Shown here piece after piece: positions 33,855-44,538 of a stretch of 64,000 bases of DNA. The stretch's first letter is position 1; every line of letters starts with the position of its first letter. The notes under the pieces are model-generated. The model saw only the letters and a list, made by a program, of their open reading frames with translations. It was not told the DNA's origin and made no database searches. The position numbers were made by a program, and so were the translations under genes. The stretch is from Candidatus Methanomethylicia archaeon (GTDB taxonomy: Archaea; Thermoproteota; Methanomethylicia; Nezhaarchaeales; B40-G2). The stretch spans positions 8,042 to 72,041 of the forward strand of contig JAPDJI010000001.1 in the NCBI GenBank assembly GCA_029259155.1, given 5' to 3'.

Positions 33855-36176
33855 ATGGAGGGCTCCGAGGCCTCAGGTTACCATGACCGTTTCGTATGGA
33901 TTTTAGATAGACTACGTGGGTTCAGAGGACCCTTCGTCTTAGCTGGGCTGCGCATGTACCTTATGGGTCTTGAAAACGGAGGTTTTGAAGGCAGGTGGAA
34001 TGGTGTATGGAACCTCCCGATAAAGGTGGCTGACTCTATAGACTTTGGCGTTAGCTTAAATGGCGAGAGGATTCTGTGGCTGAAAGATCATTGTGTCAGG
34101 TGTGAGGCTCATGTATCACACGCTGAAAGGGTCTATGTTCTCCCTAACGGTTTAACGATTAGGGAGAAGGTGTTTATACCAGACGTATACCGAGCGGTAT
34201 GTTGGCTTTTCAGGTTTGAAGGGGTTAGAAATCTAGGCCTAAAGTTCATTGTTAGGCCTGTCATCAACCTCATGTGGGAGGTTAGGCAGGCTGGTGAACC
34301 GTGGCGTGAGAAAAGGATGCTGGCTGTCTATGACCGTGCCAGGAGAGCTTTGATATTTAGACATCACATGAGGCCTGAGTGGTTAGCTATCTTTGGAGGA
34401 AGCCTTGAACCTAGCGTGGTGAGCGTAGGACATCAAGAAGGTGTAGGGCTTCCAAGAGAGAATAGAATTCCAGGTCCTCGTGAACACATCTACGGCGAAG
34501 CGCTGATGGTTTACGACCTTCGCTTAGGCGATGAAGACTCATTGGAGCTCTCCTTCGTGCTTGTCGGAGGAGTAGCCTCCTTGATCTTTCTCCTAAGAGA
34601 GTATGACGAAGCAGCGAAGGGGGTTCAAGAACTTTTTGAGAGGAGCCGGAAGAGCGTAATGGACTATCTGCTTAACACCGTCGATCTCTCTGTGGGGCAT
34701 GCAGCTATCGATAAGGCTTTCACCTGGTCGAAAGTAAACTTACACCTCCTCAAGCATTATCAGAGAGGCTATGGCTTGGGCTTTATGGCAGGCCTTCCTC
34801 ACTTCCCAATCTACTTCGGTAGAGATACGGTGTGGACTCTTTTCGGCATAAATGCTATAGGTGACTTTGAGGCCTCTAAAGGATCTCTAAGTCTTCTTGC
34901 TAGGTTTCAGGCTAAGGAGGATGGCGAGGATCAACTCATGGTCCCCTACTATAAAGGGGAAGTACCTCATGAAGTGAGGACCGATGGCACGGTAATATAC
35001 TACAGCATAGACTCCACTCCTCTCTTCGTAGTAGGGGTTTACGACTACTACTTATGGTCTGGTGACGAAGTCTTCCTAAGGTACATCTACGACAATGTCC
35101 ATAAGGCGCTTGCCTGGTGTTTCGAGTCTGATAGGGATGGAGATGGCCTCGTAGATCATGGACCTGAAGGCTTCCTACCCGATGTTACTTGGATGGACTC
35201 TACGTTTAGAGGTAAATCGGCTATTGACGTCCAAGCCATCTTCGCTTATGCTTTCAAGTGTGGAGCTGAGATCGCTAAAGTGGTCGGAGACGTGGACATG
35301 GAGAAGGTGGCTTATCGTAAATATGAGGAGCTAAAGGACCTCCTCATTAAACACTACTGGGATGAAGAGCGAGACTTTTTCTATGATGCCATCAAGCCTG
35401 ACGGAGAGCCCAGCGCTGACATGACCGTTAACGCCGTGGTTCCGCTTCTCTTCAACCTTGTGGAGGAAGAGAAGGCTGACAAAGTGCTCTGTAAGCTTGA
35501 AAGCCCTGATTTCATGACTGACTGGGGTGTCAGGACGAGGGCTAAGAGCGATCCTGAGTATGATGGTAGAAGTTACCAAAAAGGTGGGGTTTGGCCCTTC
35601 ACCACGGGTTGGGTGGCGCTCGCTCAATTCAGGTATGGTAGGCTTAGTGAAGGCTACGACATAATCTTGAGGATGGCTGAGGCTCAGCACTTCATTCCAG
35701 CTTACTTCAGAGAGGTGCTGCCTGGCGATGGATCGATCAAAGAGGCGTTGTCCCAGCACCCACTTGGATGCTTTATTCAGGCCTGGTCTGCAGGTATTTA
35801 TCTGTACTCTCTTATTACCGGATTAATGGAAGTAGAGCCTAGAGCCCACCTCGCCGAAGCTACGGTCTGTCCTTACATGCACAGCTTGTCAATACAGCTC
35901 TACCTCGACAAGCTGCGAGTGGGTTCAAGCATGCTTGACTTAAAACTGAAGCGTAACGGAAGGATGGTAGAAGCAAAGTTACATGTTGAAGGCCGAGACC
36001 TTGACCTTAACTTAGGATTCAGGTCGAAGGGATCGAGCATGGACTGCGATGTCAAGCTAGACGGCTCCGACGTGGAGAGCTATATCCAGCCGGTAGGCAA
36101 GGAGTGCTTCAAGGTGCTAGCTCGAGTTAAGGTGAAGGAAGGTCAAACAGTTAAACTGACCTATAGACTGAAATGA
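33855..36176 (+). CDS. glycoside hydrolase, amylo-alpha-1,6-glucosidase / glycogen debranching enzyme-like ((alpha/alpha)6 barrel)
   Basis: 773 aa. GFMAGLPHFPIYFGRDTVW...DSTPLFVVGVYDYYLWSGDEVFL...DRDGDGLVDHG is GDE_C-like. Confidence 0.6.
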   Translation: MEGSEASGYHDRFVWILDRLRGFRGPFVLAGLRMYLMGLENGGFEGRWNGVWNLPIKVADSIDFGVSLNGERILWLKDHCVRCEAHVSHAERVYVLPNGLTIREKVFIPDVYRAVCWLFRFEGVRNLGLKFIVRPVINLMWEVRQAGEPWREKRMLAVYDRARRALIFRHHMRPEWLAIFGGSLEPSVVSVGHQEGVGLPRENRIPGPREHIYGEALMVYDLRLGDEDSLELSFVLVGGVASLIFLLREYDEAAKGVQELFERSRKSVMDYLLNTVDLSVGHAAIDKAFTWSKVNLHLLKHYQRGYGLGFMAGLPHFPIYFGRDTVWTLFGINAIGDFEASKGSLSLLARFQAKEDGEDQLMVPYYKGEVPHEVRTDGTVIYYSIDSTPLFVVGVYDYYLWSGDEVFLRYIYDNVHKALAWCFESDRDGDGLVDHGPEGFLPDVTWMDSTFRGKSAIDVQAIFAYAFKCGAEIAKVVGDVDMEKVAYRKYEELKDLLIKHYWDEERDFFYDAIKPDGEPSADMTVNAVVPLLFNLVEEEKADKVLCKLESPDFMTDWGVRTRAKSDPEYDGRSYQKGGVWPFTTGWVALAQFRYGRLSEGYDIILRMAEAQHFIPAYFREVLPGDGSIKEALSQHPLGCFIQAWSAGIYLYSLITGLMEVEPRAHLAEATVCPYMHSLSIQLYLDKLRVGSSMLDLKLKRNGRMVEAKLHVEGRDLDLNLGFRSKGSSMDCDVKLDGSDVESYIQPVGKECFKVLARVKVKEGQTVKLTYRLK

Positions 36177-36194
36177 CTCTTTGTTCATGAAGAG

Positions 36195-37397
36195 TTGGCT
36201 TCACGTCATTCATGTAACGAGCGCGCTACCGAAAGAAAAATTAACCCCCTTTACGGCGCCCCCTCCCCCTTATATATAATAATATTAAGTGGGGGGTTCA
36301 GCGTGGAGGCCCTAAACATCGGTTTACTAAGCACCTGCGTGTTAACTACTCCACCTGGAGGCTATGGGGGCACTGAAGCAGCGGTTGCTGACTTGGCAGT
36401 AGCTTTAGCGAAGCAGGGCCATAGAGTAACGGTGTATGGGGCTGAAGGTTCGAGAAAGCTCATGGCAGAGCACGTCGATGACCCTGATTTGATCGACGTG
36501 GTCGAGTGGTGCCCTCTTATCGAGGACTGGGTCGGGTCAGAAGCTTCGGTGAGGGTTAAGGAGGCTGAATATGTGAGTTTTGAGGAGTTTAAGGAACTAA
36601 TAAGCATGCACGACGTAGTTAACGATCATACTTGGTTTAAGCCAGGATTAAAGCTTAGAGCTGAAGGCAAGGCTGCCTGTGCTACCTGTCACGGCTTCCA
36701 CGTGGAACTCCCTGATATAAATGTGGATAAGAAATGTATTATAGGCGTGTCCAAGTGGCATGCCAACTACTTGTCACATACCCTCAACTTGAAGGCTGAG
36801 TGGGCCTACAACCCAGTTGACATCAGCAAGTATGAGGTTGAGAAGAACAAGGAAGATTTCATACTGTTCTTAGCTAGAATTTCACCCGAGAAGGGGGCCA
36901 TGGAGTTCGTGGAGATCTGTAGGGAGCTTGGCGTTAAGGGTGTGGTAGCAGGGTCGATCTCGGTGGTGTCAGATAAAGACTATGTCAGGAGGGTTAAGGA
37001 GCTCTGTGAAGGTAGCCAGGGGCTGGTGAGGTTTATTGGTGAAGTAGACTTTAACGGTAAGGTTAACCTGCTCAAGAGAGCTAAGGCCCTGGTTATACCG
37101 TTGTCTCCTAGGTACTGGGAGGTCTTCGGAATAGTGTTCATTGAGGCTATGGCCTGTGGAACTCCTGTAATAACTACGGATAGAGGTGCCCCCAGAGAAC
37201 TCATTATTCAGAGTAAGACAGGTTACGTATGCAGCGATCTAGAGGAGCTAAAAGGAGTGGTGGCTAGATTGATGAGGGGCGACCTGGTATTTGACTCTGA
37301 CGACTGCAGGAGGAGAGCTGAAGAGTTTGATAGGATGAATGTAGTTAAAAGATACGTGGAGCTTTATAGAAGAGTTTTGAGCGGTGACGCTTGGTAA
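36195..37397 (+). CDS. GT4/GT5 glycosyltransferase, glycogen synthase-like (true start probably near 36302)
   Basis: N-terminal TPPGGYGGTEAAVADLAVALAKQGHRV and C-terminal EVFGIVFIEAMACGTPVITTDRGAPRELI (GT-B, EX7E). Confidence 0.7.
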   Translation: MASRHSCNERATERKINPLYGAPSPLYIIILSGGFSVEALNIGLLSTCVLTTPPGGYGGTEAAVADLAVALAKQGHRVTVYGAEGSRKLMAEHVDDPDLIDVVEWCPLIEDWVGSEASVRVKEAEYVSFEEFKELISMHDVVNDHTWFKPGLKLRAEGKAACATCHGFHVELPDINVDKKCIIGVSKWHANYLSHTLNLKAEWAYNPVDISKYEVEKNKEDFILFLARISPEKGAMEFVEICRELGVKGVVAGSISVVSDKDYVRRVKELCEGSQGLVRFIGEVDFNGKVNLLKRAKALVIPLSPRYWEVFGIVFIEAMACGTPVITTDRGAPRELIIQSKTGYVCSDLEELKGVVARLMRGDLVFDSDDCRRRAEEFDRMNVVKRYVELYRRVLSGDAW

Positions 37398-37645
37398 ATA
37401 GGCTATCTAAACAAGGTAAATGTAAGGTCAAAGGGTTAAGACACTACTATCATTATTTAGTTTTTTAATTCTTCTGCTTTTCTCTTCTATCGGTGGACTA
37501 ATGAGTTCTTTGACCGTCTTTTTCAAGGCTTCTAGCAATTAAGCCCTAAGTCTATGCTTAAACCTCCTTACCGCTATGTAGCCGTGGGAACCTAACATCC
37601 TTTAATTCGTGAGACTTTTTAGGCTGAAGGACCTCTAGGCTAAGC

Positions 37646-39043
37646 GTGATCCTCGAAGAGGTCCTCTCAAAGCTAATTGACCATGCTTTGAAGGCTGGAG
37701 CCTCCTATGCCGATGCTAGGGCAAGGAGAGTAGAGGGAACCAGAGTAGAGGTAGTGGATGGTGGTTTAAGGGAGGTTCGCTGCGGGCTAGAGGAAGGTTT
37801 TAACGTTAGAGTCTTGGTTGAAGGTACGTGGGGCTTTGCTTCCTCCTCTTTTGTCAGCCCTGAGGAAAGCCTAAGGTTGGTCAAAAAGGCTATCAGTGCA
37901 GCTAAGGCTCTGGCTGGAAGAGTGAAGCAACGAGCGGAGGTTTACCCTCAGTCTACGTTGAGGAGTAAGGCGAGGGTTAAGGTGAAAGTTCCTCTAAACT
38001 CCGTGGACTTGGAAGAGAAGGTTGAATTAGCCTTTAAACTGAATAAGGAGTCTTTGAGCTTAGATGAGAAGGTGAAGAGCGCCACCACTGTATATAGTGA
38101 TGCTGTGGAGGCGAGGGCTGTTTACACTTCTCATGGCAGATACGTAGAGGTGGAGACTAGCTACCTATACTTATCATCTCTTGCCTACGCCTTTGAGGCT
38201 GGGTTGAGGCAGAGAGGCTTTAAGGTTCATGGCGGTGTCGGGGGCTTTGAGCTGACTCGGAGCACAGAGGCTTTAGAGTTGGGGGTTGAGGCTGCATCCA
38301 TGGCTCTACGTCTCCTTAAAGCTCCTCCTTCGCCCTCAGGTAGGTTTACCTGTGTACTTGACCCTGAAATTGCGGGTACGTTTATCCATGAGGCTTTCGG
38401 CCATGCTTGTGAAGCTGATCTTGTTCTGAGCAACTCCTCTATCCTTGAGGGAAAGCTGGGTACTAGAGTAGGTAGTGAGGAGGTGACGGTGGTAGATGAT
38501 CCGATGCTTGAAGGACTTTACGGCTGGTATCCCTTCGACGATGAAGCTTCTGAGGGTAGGAGGACGGTGATCGTGGAGGAAGGCATACTTAAGAGTTTTC
38601 TGCACAGCCTCGAGACGGCTATTTCACTTAGAGCTAAGCCTACCGGCAACGCGAGGGCGCAGGGATACAGTAGTAGGCCCATAGTACGCATGACCAATAC
38701 CTTCATAGCCCCAGGTACCTGGAAACCTGAAGAACTATTAGGAGAGACGAAGACGGGCCTCTACGTTAAAGGCAGTAACTATGGCTACGTGGACACGGCT
38801 AAAGGCTTGTTCTCCTTTAAATGTAAGGAAGCCTACCTCCTAGAGAACGGTGAGCCTTCCAAGCTCCTTAGAGACGTGGCTCTCTCAGGCTTAACTCTAG
38901 AAGTGTTAATAAATGTGGATGGTGTAGCCAACGATCTTAAATTCAACCCAGGCATATGCGGTAAAGAAGGGCAATACGTGCCTGTCACTGACGGTTCTCC
39001 TCACATAAGGGTGAAAGGAGTGCTAGTAGGAGGAGGTTCTTGA
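37646..39043 (+). CDS. tldD: TldD family metalloprotease (peptidase U62)
   Basis: HEAFGHACEAD (the HExxxH variant of TldD) and a conserved C-terminal GG...G. 465 aa. Confidence 0.85.
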   Translation: MILEEVLSKLIDHALKAGASYADARARRVEGTRVEVVDGGLREVRCGLEEGFNVRVLVEGTWGFASSSFVSPEESLRLVKKAISAAKALAGRVKQRAEVYPQSTLRSKARVKVKVPLNSVDLEEKVELAFKLNKESLSLDEKVKSATTVYSDAVEARAVYTSHGRYVEVETSYLYLSSLAYAFEAGLRQRGFKVHGGVGGFELTRSTEALELGVEAASMALRLLKAPPSPSGRFTCVLDPEIAGTFIHEAFGHACEADLVLSNSSILEGKLGTRVGSEEVTVVDDPMLEGLYGWYPFDDEASEGRRTVIVEEGILKSFLHSLETAISLRAKPTGNARAQGYSSRPIVRMTNTFIAPGTWKPEELLGETKTGLYVKGSNYGYVDTAKGLFSFKCKEAYLLENGEPSKLLRDVALSGLTLEVLINVDGVANDLKFNPGICGKEGQYVPVTDGSPHIRVKGVLVGGGS

Positions 39044-40398
39044 TGGAGCTGAACGCCGAGCTACCTCGCTTAGCGGTGGAGCAGGCCTTAAAAATGGGCG
39101 TTGAGCAGGCAGAAGCTTTCGCTACGGTAGCTCGGCGTGTGTCGGTAAACGCTGAAAAATGGGATATTAAACAAGCCACAGTTTCCTTCACGGGCGGTTT
39201 AGCAGTTAGAGTAATTAAGCAACGACGTCTAGGGGCTAGCTACACCAGCAAGTTAACTCCTCAAAGCACTTATGAAGCGGTAAAGAAGGCTGTGAAGCAG
39301 GCTTCAATAAGCTTCCTTGAGGATGTTCGCTTACAAGGCCTACCTGGGCCATCCAAACCTACTGAGGTGGAGGGTATATGGGATCCTGGGCTTGCCGACC
39401 TTGAACCTGAAGACGCAGTTCGCTTCGTTTCCGAGAGCTTAGAAGCCTCCAGAATAGATCCCCGCCTATCTTCCATAAACATCTCATTTTCCTCCGTGTC
39501 TAGAACCGTAGCTATAGCGAACTCGCTGGGTGTTGAAGGAGAGTTTAAGGATTCATGGGCTAGGATAGATGTGGAGGCAGTAGCTAAGGATGGAGTAGAA
39601 CAGGCCTCAGGCTACTGTCCTGGCTGGCGTAGGAGGTTAAAGGAACTTAAAGGATGGATGTTTGCTCAGGAAGCTGCTAGGGAGGCTTTGATGGGTCTTG
39701 GAGCTAGGAAGGTCAAGACTCAAGACCTGCCAGTCATACTGAGCGGTTTAGCACTACACGCTACGATTTCTTCGATAAGCTATGCTCTCGACGCCGAGCT
39801 AGTGCAGCGAGGAAGATCCTTTATTTCAAACCTACTAGGTGTTAAAGCGGCGTCTCCTCTATTAACCATAATCGACGACGCCACTACGCCTGGAGGGGTC
39901 AGGAGCAGACCTTTCGATGCTGAAGGGTCTCCCTCGAAGAAGGTGGTGTTGGTAGAGTCAGGAGTGATCAAGTCTTGTTTACATAACTACTACACGGCCT
40001 CTTATGAAGGAGTAGAGAGTACAGGACATGCTGCTAGAAATGGAGGTTTCAGCTACAATGGTAGGGTGGGAGTGGCGCCCACTAACCTTTTCGTTAAACC
40101 TAGCGGTAAGGGGGGAGCTGAAGACCTAGCGAGCGAAGCTGGCAGAGCGCTGTTGATGAAGACAACCTTCGATAAACCTAACTTGGCAACCGGTGATTTC
40201 TCAGCTGTGGTTGTCAGTGGCTTCATGGTTGAGGAGGGCTCCGTAACTTATCCTGTTAAACAGGCGGTGGTACATTTCAACCTTTCAGACCTCATGAGAA
40301 ACATCGATGCTGTAGGGGGTTCCCTGGAGGAAATATTAGATCTACGGTCTCCTCCTATCTTGGTCTCAAGAGCTAGAATCGCGGGATCAGCTATTTAG
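39040..40398 (+). CDS. pmbA: TldE/PmbA family protein (U62 partner)
   Basis: U62 fold without HExxH. Has a 4-nt overlap with tldD. Confidence 0.8.
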   Translation: MMELNAELPRLAVEQALKMGVEQAEAFATVARRVSVNAEKWDIKQATVSFTGGLAVRVIKQRRLGASYTSKLTPQSTYEAVKKAVKQASISFLEDVRLQGLPGPSKPTEVEGIWDPGLADLEPEDAVRFVSESLEASRIDPRLSSINISFSSVSRTVAIANSLGVEGEFKDSWARIDVEAVAKDGVEQASGYCPGWRRRLKELKGWMFAQEAAREALMGLGARKVKTQDLPVILSGLALHATISSISYALDAELVQRGRSFISNLLGVKAASPLLTIIDDATTPGGVRSRPFDAEGSPSKKVVLVESGVIKSCLHNYYTASYEGVESTGHAARNGGFSYNGRVGVAPTNLFVKPSGKGGAEDLASEAGRALLMKTTFDKPNLATGDFSAVVVSGFMVEEGSVTYPVKQAVVHFNLSDLMRNIDAVGGSLEEILDLRSPPILVSRARIAGSAI

Positions 40399-40503
40399 CT
40401 CTCTACATCATATTATTCTCCTACTCCATTAATATATAGAGATTAACTTTTTATGAAAGTTTAAATAAGATCAGTGGAAGACTAAATAATCTGGGAGAAG
40501 TTT

Positions 40504-41511
40504 ATGGAGAGTAGAAGGGTTCAACTTGTCGGTGGAGCGACCTACACTGTTTCTTTACCTAAAGCATGGGCTCAAAGGGCTGGTCTTAAACCTAGCAGCC
40601 AGGTATACATGCTTGAACAAAGCGATGGCTCACTTATCATTTATCCTAGTAGGGCTCCTGTGGGGAAACGTGAGCTAACCATTACCACTACTCCAGGCGA
40701 GAAAGCCAGTATACTTTCACGGAAGATTATAGCTGCCTATCTAGATGGCTATGACGTCATAAAGATACAGTCAATGGGTAGATTGACCTATGAGCAATTG
40801 AAGGAGATAGACGACTTCGTGAAGAGAATGAGCGGCCTGGAAATCATAGAAGAGTCGGCGGAAGGAGTGACGATAAACGCTCTTGTAAGCATTACCGATT
40901 TCCCTGTGGAGCGAGGTTTCCAGAGGGCTCACCTAATAACTTCGCTAATGTTTCAGGAAACCATGAATGCCTTAAGGAAAGGTGATGTAGAACTGGCTAA
41001 AAGCGTAACCTTGAGGGATGGGGACGTTGACCGCATTTACTTCCTAGTAACTCGTCAACTTAGGGCTGCTATCTCCAACCCCAGCACCGCTAAAGCCTTA
41101 GGCATGGACTCTTCAGATGCCATAGACTATCTCATAGCTATTAAGCGTATCGAGGATGCTGCGGATAGCATTGAGAACGTGGCCAACATGATTGAAAGCC
41201 TTTACCATAGCAGGGTTGTCATACCTGAGCCTCTCCTTAACGACCTCCTAGACATAGGTTCAGCCTCCTTCAACGCCTACGAGAAAGGTGTTAAAGCCTT
41301 CCTCTCTAAGGACCCCGTAATGGCTGACGAAGCCCTAGACACAAGGGTTTCGGTGGAGCGCATGCGCTGCAGAGTGGAAGGTAGCTTAGCTGAACAAAAC
41401 CAGCTACTAGTACTTCATGTAGGTGTCATTCTAATCAACCTCCGCAACATAGCTTACCACGGAGGCGACATAGCTGAGGTAGCCATAAACCGAGCTGTGA
41501 GGTTAAAGTAG
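40504..41511 (+). CDS. AbrB/SpoVT-PhoU domain phosphate uptake regulator homolog
   Basis: N-terminal VGGATYTVSLPKAWAQRAGL is a swapped-hairpin AbrB motif. The C-terminus carries two PhoU repeats (DVDRIYFLVTRQLRAAI). Confidence 0.75.
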   Translation: MESRRVQLVGGATYTVSLPKAWAQRAGLKPSSQVYMLEQSDGSLIIYPSRAPVGKRELTITTTPGEKASILSRKIIAAYLDGYDVIKIQSMGRLTYEQLKEIDDFVKRMSGLEIIEESAEGVTINALVSITDFPVERGFQRAHLITSLMFQETMNALRKGDVELAKSVTLRDGDVDRIYFLVTRQLRAAISNPSTAKALGMDSSDAIDYLIAIKRIEDAADSIENVANMIESLYHSRVVIPEPLLNDLLDIGSASFNAYEKGVKAFLSKDPVMADEALDTRVSVERMRCRVEGSLAEQNQLLVLHVGVILINLRNIAYHGGDIAEVAINRAVRLK

Positions 41512-41599
41512 CTTCCTCTCCACCCTTCTTTAGCTTCTCATAGAAAAACTTAAGATTACTTCAGAGCGATCTTTCTATCCCCAGGAAAAGGGAAAAGCC

Positions 41600-44527
41600 A
41601 TGGCCACTACGCCATCTTCAGTTCAGTTAAACTGGCAGGAGATCGAGGAGAAATGGAGGAGACGCTGGGAGGAGGCTAAGGTATTTGAAGCGGACCCTGA
41701 CCCATCGAAACCTAAATACTACTTAACGGTCGCCTACCCTTACCCCAATTCACCTCAACACATCGGTCACGGTAGAACCTACACGATTACGGACGTCTAT
41801 GCTAGGTTCTTGAGGATGAAGGGGTTCAACGTTCTCCTCCCTATGGCTTTCCATTACACCGGTACACCTATCTTAGCCATGGCTAGAAGGCTAGCTTCGG
41901 GGGATGAGGAGCTCAGTGAAACCTTCCTCAAGATTTACAAGGTACCGGAAGAGCTATTATCAGAGTTTACAGACCCCTTGAAGATTGCTAGGTATTTTCA
42001 TGAGGAGATCAAGGCCGGAATGAGAGAGATTGGATACTCCATCGACTGGCGTAGGGAGTTCACCACGATAGACCCTGAATATAACCGGTTTATCGAGTGG
42101 CAGTTCCATAAGCTTCACGAGAGAGGCTTCATAACTAAGGGAAGCCACCCTGTAGGCTGGTGTCCTAAATGTCAGAACCCTGTTGGCCAACACGACACTA
42201 AAGGTGATGTAGAGCCTGAGATAGGCCAGTTTACCTTAATCAAGTTTAGGCTAAGCGACTTCATATTGCCCACCGCTACGCTTAGGCCTGAGACGGTTTT
42301 CGGAGTAACCAACCTCTGGCTTAAGCCTAATTCGCGCTACGTTAAAGCGAAGGTGAATGGAGAGACCTGGCTCATAAGCCCTAAATGCGCGGAGAAGCTT
42401 ATTTTCCTCAACTTTAAGGTAGAGGTTCTTGAAGAGGTTGATAGCGATCAAGTCATTGGTAAACAAGCCGTAAACCCCGCTACGGGACGAAGAGTACTGG
42501 TGCTTCCAGGAGACTTCGTAGACCTAGACAACGCTACAGGAGTAGTTATGTCAGTACCTGCCCACGCGCCTTACGACCTAGTGGCTTTAAGGCAGTTAAA
42601 GGGAGCCTCGGCCATACTTGAACGTCATGGTTTAAGCCCTGAAGAAGTTGTTAAGATTGAGCCCATACCGATTATCTCTACACCGGGCTATGGCGAAGTA
42701 CCAGCAGCTACTGTTGTGGATAAGATGGGTATTAAAGATCAGCTCGACCCTAAGCTGGAAGATGCCACTAAGGAACTCTACAGGGTAGAGTTCCACTCAG
42801 GGTTAATGAAGGACAATACAGGGCCCTACGCAGGCTTATCGGTTGTTGAAGCGAGAGACAAGGTCAAGGAAGATCTAGCTAAAGCAGGCGATGCAAGTTT
42901 CATGTATGAGCTCCTCAATCGCCCCGTGCACTGTAGGTGTGGAGCAGAGTGTGTGGTGAAGGTTTTTGAAGATCAGTGGTTCATAAACTACGGTGACCCT
43001 GTCTGGAAGAAATTAGCGCATGAATGCCTAGATAATATGAGCTTCATACCTGAGGAGCTCAGGGCAGAATTTAGTTATGTTCTGGATTGGCTGAAGGAGA
43101 AGGCTTGCGCCCGCCGGTCAGGGCTTGGAACGAAGCTCCCATGGGACCCTGAATGGATCATTGAGAGCCTCTCAGACTCCACGATATACATGGCGTACTA
43201 CACCATAGCTAGCGTGATAAAGAAAAAGGAAGTGAAGGCAGAGCAGCTTACCGACGAGGTCTTTGACTACGTTTTCTTAGGTAAGGGGACAGTCACGGAT
43301 ATTTCGATTAAGACTGGCATACCTGTAGATACTTTAGAGGAGATGCGGCGTCAGTTCACTTATTTCTATCCATTGGATAGTAGGCATTCAGGTAGAGATC
43401 TTTTATGGAACCACCTGGCCTTTATGGTGTTTAACCACGTAGCTATCTTTCCGCGTGAACACTGGCCTAAGCAGATCGTAGTTAATGGAAGTGTGTTGAT
43501 GGAAGGCAAGAAAATGTCCAAGTCCATGGGAAACATCATTCCGCTGAGGGAAGGCATCAAGGTTTATGGAGCTGATCCTCTAAGACTGGCGCTCTTAATA
43601 TCAGCTGAGTTGATGGCTGACGCTGACTTCAGCCCTGCTCTAGCTAAATCGATGGATGAGAGACTACGCCGCCTCTACGGCCTAGCTTCCTGGGTAATAA
43701 GTCTCGGAGGCTCGCCCAATAACTTAAAACTTATTGATAAATGGTTGCTCAGCCGTCTTCAAAGATATGTGAAGGCAGCTACTGAAGCCATGGAGAAGGT
43801 ACGAGTCAGGGAGGCCTGTCACGTAGCCCTCTTCAACATCGACCGAGACCTTCAATGGTATCTTAAGCGCTGCTCAAGAGACCTTGAAGACGGAGCTAGA
43901 AGAGGAACCGTGGCAGATGTACTAAAGAAAGCCCTAAACATTCAGGTCAGGCTGCTGGCACCTATGGCACCACATCTCTGCGAGGAAATATGGGAGATGA
44001 TGGGAGAGGAAGGTTTCATTTCTGTGGCTGCTTGGCCCAGCTTTGACGAAAGCCTAGTGGACGTAGAGGCCGAGCTTGCGGAGGAGCTAATTAAATCCAC
44101 ACTCGAGGACGTTAAAAGCATCTTAGAGGTATTGAAGACTAGGCCCGCATCAGCTCATTTCTATGTAGCCTCTGACTGGAAGTGGAAGGCTTACAGGATA
44201 GTGGCGGACGCTCTTTCTAGGGGCTTAGAGCTCGGGGTGGTCCTCAAGGAGACCATGGGTAAGGAGGAGTTTAGGAAGATAGGTGGAGCTGCAGCAAATT
44301 GTGTCAAACGTATTTACAGCTCTCTCCTCGAGCTACCACAGGAAGAGAGGTCGAAGAGAGCTTCTATTAAAATAGATGAATACGAGGTGCTTAATGAAGC
44401 CAAACCCTTCTTTGAGAAGGAGCTTGGCTTGAGGATCTATATCTACAGGGAGGATGAGTCTAAGTACGACCCAAAAGGAAAAGCGCAGCAAGCGCTTCCA
44501 TACAGGCCAGCCATCTACCTAGAATAG
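41600..44527 (+). CDS. leuS: leucyl-tRNA synthetase (archaeal type)
   Basis: HIGH motif PQHIGHGRTY, KMSKS motif GKKMSKSMGN, an editing domain. 975 aa. Confidence 0.95.
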   Translation: MATTPSSVQLNWQEIEEKWRRRWEEAKVFEADPDPSKPKYYLTVAYPYPNSPQHIGHGRTYTITDVYARFLRMKGFNVLLPMAFHYTGTPILAMARRLASGDEELSETFLKIYKVPEELLSEFTDPLKIARYFHEEIKAGMREIGYSIDWRREFTTIDPEYNRFIEWQFHKLHERGFITKGSHPVGWCPKCQNPVGQHDTKGDVEPEIGQFTLIKFRLSDFILPTATLRPETVFGVTNLWLKPNSRYVKAKVNGETWLISPKCAEKLIFLNFKVEVLEEVDSDQVIGKQAVNPATGRRVLVLPGDFVDLDNATGVVMSVPAHAPYDLVALRQLKGASAILERHGLSPEEVVKIEPIPIISTPGYGEVPAATVVDKMGIKDQLDPKLEDATKELYRVEFHSGLMKDNTGPYAGLSVVEARDKVKEDLAKAGDASFMYELLNRPVHCRCGAECVVKVFEDQWFINYGDPVWKKLAHECLDNMSFIPEELRAEFSYVLDWLKEKACARRSGLGTKLPWDPEWIIESLSDSTIYMAYYTIASVIKKKEVKAEQLTDEVFDYVFLGKGTVTDISIKTGIPVDTLEEMRRQFTYFYPLDSRHSGRDLLWNHLAFMVFNHVAIFPREHWPKQIVVNGSVLMEGKKMSKSMGNIIPLREGIKVYGADPLRLALLISAELMADADFSPALAKSMDERLRRLYGLASWVISLGGSPNNLKLIDKWLLSRLQRYVKAATEAMEKVRVREACHVALFNIDRDLQWYLKRCSRDLEDGARRGTVADVLKKALNIQVRLLAPMAPHLCEEIWEMMGEEGFISVAAWPSFDESLVDVEAELAEELIKSTLEDVKSILEVLKTRPASAHFYVASDWKWKAYRIVADALSRGLELGVVLKETMGKEEFRKIGGAAANCVKRIYSSLLELPQEERSKRASIKIDEYEVLNEAKPFFEKELGLRIYIYREDESKYDPKGKAQQALPYRPAIYLE

Positions 44528-44538
44528 TAAAATGCGAA

